Positions 61,589-64,000 of a stretch of DNA of 64,000 bases are shown here, piece by piece. The notes below the pieces were generated by a model that was not told the DNA's origin, made no database searches, and saw only the letters and a program-made list of their open reading frames with translations. The translations under genes were made by a program, and so were the position numbers. Each line of letters starts with the position of its first letter. The stretch's first letter is position 1. This DNA is from Candidatus Latescibacterota bacterium (GTDB taxonomy: Bacteria; Latescibacterota; UBA2968; UBA8231), in NCBI GenBank assembly GCA_965221775.1, contig CBDCSU010000004.1, forward strand, positions 1,056,001 to 1,120,000. Direction: 5' to 3'.

Positions 61589-61720
61589 TTGAACCCTCGC
61601 GAACAGCGGATCATGGCCGCCATCGGAGCGGTCGCCGCCATCTACTTCTTCGGATTCAACTCCGTCTACCTGTTCCTCATCGCCGGCGTCATCTACTACA
61701 TCCTGCGCAACCGCACCTGA
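61589..61720 (+). CDS. Small membrane protein (43 aa), absent from the ORF track
   Basis: AAGGAGG SD + TTG; MNPREQRIMAAIGAVAAIYFFGFNSVYLFLIAGVIYYILRNRT*; mostly C/G-ending codons. Confidence 0.7.
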   Translation: MNPREQRIMAAIGAVAAIYFFGFNSVYLFLIAGVIYYILRNRT

Positions 61721-61726
61721 CGGCGG

Positions 61727-62269
61727 TCACCCGGCGCCGTGCACATCCCGGACCTCGCCCCGCCGACGCGCCTCCAGGTGCCGGCGGATGCTCGTCAGCC
61801 GTTTCCCTCCCAACCCCTTCACCCCGTCCAGTCCGCCCGCCTCCAGCCGCCGTTCCAGGGCCTCGAGCCCGTCGATGCCCAGCTCCAGGAAGAGGGTGCG
61901 GGCCATCTTGGCGCCGAGACCGGGGATGTCGCGCAGCTCGAGGACCGACTCGGGCACCCGCCGCTTCCAGTCCTCCCACTTGCCGCAGGTCCCGGTGTCG
62001 ACCAGCTCGGTGAGCAGCGCCTGGATGGTGGGACCCACGCTCGGCAGCTCCTTCAGCCGGCCCTCGTGCCTCAGCCTCTCCAGCGACTCGGGCCAGCGGC
62101 TGACGGTGTACGACAGCCGCTTGTAGACCGTGGCGTGCGACTCCTCGTAGCCGCCGATGACGAGGTAGTCGGCCAGGCGTGAGAGCCGGTCGCCGATCCG
62201 CTCGTTCCGCTCCCAGCGGGTGCGCCCCTTGCCGTCGGTGCGCGAACGGTCCGACGCCTCGACGCTCAC
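61727..62269 (-). CDS. Helix-hairpin-helix protein resembling the N-terminal part of PolX
   Basis: GGAGG SD + GTG; LKELPSVGPTI...ELVDTG, LRDIPGLGAKMA, GVKGLGGK. Confidence 0.75.
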   Translation of the reverse strand: MSVEASDRSRTDGKGRTRWERNERIGDRLSRLADYLVIGGYEESHATVYKRLSYTVSRWPESLERLRHEGRLKELPSVGPTIQALLTELVDTGTCGKWEDWKRRVPESVLELRDIPGLGAKMARTLFLELGIDGLEALERRLEAGGLDGVKGLGGKRLTSIRRHLEARRRGEVRDVHGAG

Positions 62270-62355
62270 CGCCCTGCCTCCAGAAGCACCCGCCTGCCGG
62301 TCGTGTCCGCCATCGTCGTCACCGATTCGAGAAGATACGCACTGCGGGACGGGAC

Positions 62356-63777
62356 GTGATACCCGCACCCGGCTCCGGCCACCGGAGCGCGCCGGCCCTC
62401 CTGCTGTGGACGGCGGCGGCGCTGATCACGGCCACCGAAGCCTGGTCCCAGGACGGGCTCCAGAACCGGGTGGCCAACACCAGCCTCCTCGTCGACCTGG
62501 CCGCCGGGCCGCCTCCCTCCACGATCTCCGCCACCGGCCTGTACAGCGACATCGAGTCCCGGACCCCGTCGCCGGGACTGGTCCCGTTCTCGGTCAACTC
62601 GCCCCTGTGGTCGGACGGGGCCCACAAGGTCCGCTACCTCGCCCTGCCGGGCCTGTCGCAGATCGAGTTCTCCCGCGGCGGCCCCTGGCGGTTCCCGCCC
62701 AACACGGTGCTGGTGAAGAGCTTCTACCTCGACATGGTGCGGGGCGACCCCTCGTCGCGGCGGATCATCGAGACGAGGCTGCTGATCCGGGCTGGCGACA
62801 GCGAGCGCTGGGAGGGCTTCAGCTACCGCTGGAACGAGGCCGGCACCGACGCCGAGCTGCTGATCCCGGGGGGCACCGCGCGCTACGAGATCGTCGATGC
62901 AGCGGCCCCCGGCGGCCGCGCCCACGTGGACTACCGCTTCCCCGCCTCGGAGGACTGCAGCCGCTGCCACACCGCCCAGGTGGGACAGGTGCTCGGCGTG
63001 AGGACCGCCCAGCTCAACGGCTTCCACGACTACGGCGGCGTCTCCGCCCACCAGCTGGAGACCTGGAACCGCCTCGGCCTGTTCACCGAGGACATCGGCG
63101 GTGGCTTCGAGGAGCTCCCGCGGTGGGAGGACCCCGCCGACGGCTCGGCCTCGCTGTCCGGGCGGGCGCGGTCCTACCTGGCGGCCAACTGCGCCAACTG
63201 CCATCGGCCCGGCGGCCTGCGGCGCACCGAGATCGACCTGCGCTACGAGACGGAACTGGAGGCCGCCGGCATCGTGGACGTTCCCCCCAACCTCGGCGTG
63301 GACGGCTTCGACCGGCGCATCCTCTTGCCCGGCGACGGGGGGAACTCCGTCCTCGTCCTGCGCATGCTGGCCCTCGACGACCGGCGCATGCCGCCCCTGG
63401 CCTCGGGGGTCATCGACGAGGAAGGGGTGCGGATCGTCTCGCGCTGGATCGACGCTCTCGGCGAGCCGACGGCCGTCTCCGGCCCCCTGCCCTCCCCCAA
63501 GGCCCCGACCCTGCTGAGGGGTTGGCCCAACCCCTTCAACGCCTCCACCACGATCGCCTGGTCCCTGGCGCAGGGAGGGCGGGTCGACCTCGCCGTCCAC
63601 GATGTCGCCGGCCGGCGGGTCCGCACCCTGGTCTCGTCCCGGCTCGCGGCGGGAGAGCACCAGGCCCGCTGGGACGGCCGCGACGACAGCGGCGCGCCGG
63701 CGGCCAGCGGCGTCTACCTGGCGCGCGTGCGGACGACGGCCGAAACGCGCACCTTCAAGCTGACCCTGCTTCGATGA
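62356..63777 (+). CDS. Exported diheme c-type cytochrome (SO2930-like) with C-terminal FlgD/PNPFN-type domain
   Basis: NSPLWSDGA.K.R, IETRLL, CSRCH and CANCH heme motifs, RMPPL; GWPNPFNAST...WDGRDDSG...SGVYLAR. Confidence 0.8.
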   Translation: MIPAPGSGHRSAPALLLWTAAALITATEAWSQDGLQNRVANTSLLVDLAAGPPPSTISATGLYSDIESRTPSPGLVPFSVNSPLWSDGAHKVRYLALPGLSQIEFSRGGPWRFPPNTVLVKSFYLDMVRGDPSSRRIIETRLLIRAGDSERWEGFSYRWNEAGTDAELLIPGGTARYEIVDAAAPGGRAHVDYRFPASEDCSRCHTAQVGQVLGVRTAQLNGFHDYGGVSAHQLETWNRLGLFTEDIGGGFEELPRWEDPADGSASLSGRARSYLAANCANCHRPGGLRRTEIDLRYETELEAAGIVDVPPNLGVDGFDRRILLPGDGGNSVLVLRMLALDDRRMPPLASGVIDEEGVRIVSRWIDALGEPTAVSGPLPSPKAPTLLRGWPNPFNASTTIAWSLAQGGRVDLAVHDVAGRRVRTLVSSRLAAGEHQARWDGRDDSGAPAASGVYLARVRTTAETRTFKLTLLR

Positions 63778-63800
63778 CGCGCCCCCGCGAAAGGAAGCCG

Positions 63801-64000
63801 ATGCACCCTCTCGCCCTCTCCCTCCTGACGGCCGCCGTCTTCCTCGCCGGCCCCGCCAGCGCCCAGTTCGAGATCGGCGGCGACCCGCGCGTGAACCCGG
63901 AGGACTTCACCATCACCACCTACGCCGGCGGCCTCAACTTCCCCGTGGGCATGGCCGAGCTGGACGACGGCTCGATCCTCACCGCCGTGGCCAACGGCCC
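63801..64000 (+). CDS. Exported PQQ-dependent sugar dehydrogenase-like beta-propeller, N-terminus only
   Basis: AAGGA SD; signal MHPLALSLLTAAVFLAGPASAQ; FTITTYAGGLNFPVGMAELDDGSIL. Confidence 0.55.
   Translation, partial: MHPLALSLLTAAVFLAGPASAQFEIGGDPRVNPEDFTITTYAGGLNFPVGMAELDDGSILTAVANG

Overview
High-GC bacterial chromosomal window. Several Gfo/Idh/MocA and PhyH-family paralogs, a sulfatase, a PNPFN/FlgD-type C-terminal domain and a Calx-beta-like autotransporter suggest an FCB-group organism such as Latescibacterota or Gemmatimonadota, possibly host-associated (inference only). From left to right: the 3' end of nadC; an ~840 bp hairpin-rich intergenic region; a ~2000-aa repeat-rich autotransporter; metabolic genes including four Fe(II)/2OG PhyH-like oxygenases; LysR-purA-HAD; a compound intergenic repeat; recQ; a ~14.8 kb lower-GC BREX island (brxE-brxA-brxB-brxC-pglX-pglZ-brxL); proS and thrS; and several exported proteins. 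The most notable observations are: (1) a complete, unannotated ribosome-mediated attenuator upstream of thrS, with promoter, SD, a 39-aa leader containing 11 Thr, an antiterminator and a terminator; (2) three PhyH-like proteins whose HxD iron motif is replaced by HxA/HxG, the halogenase signature; (3) a hybrid BREX whose BrxL has a PLD-like MIT_C domain instead of the Lon protease domain; (4) probable CTG start codons and an unannotated 43-aa membrane protein. Three frameshifts (sulfatase, pglX, CBM9-like gene) may be sequencing errors. No rRNA, tRNA, CRISPR array or integrase was recognised.
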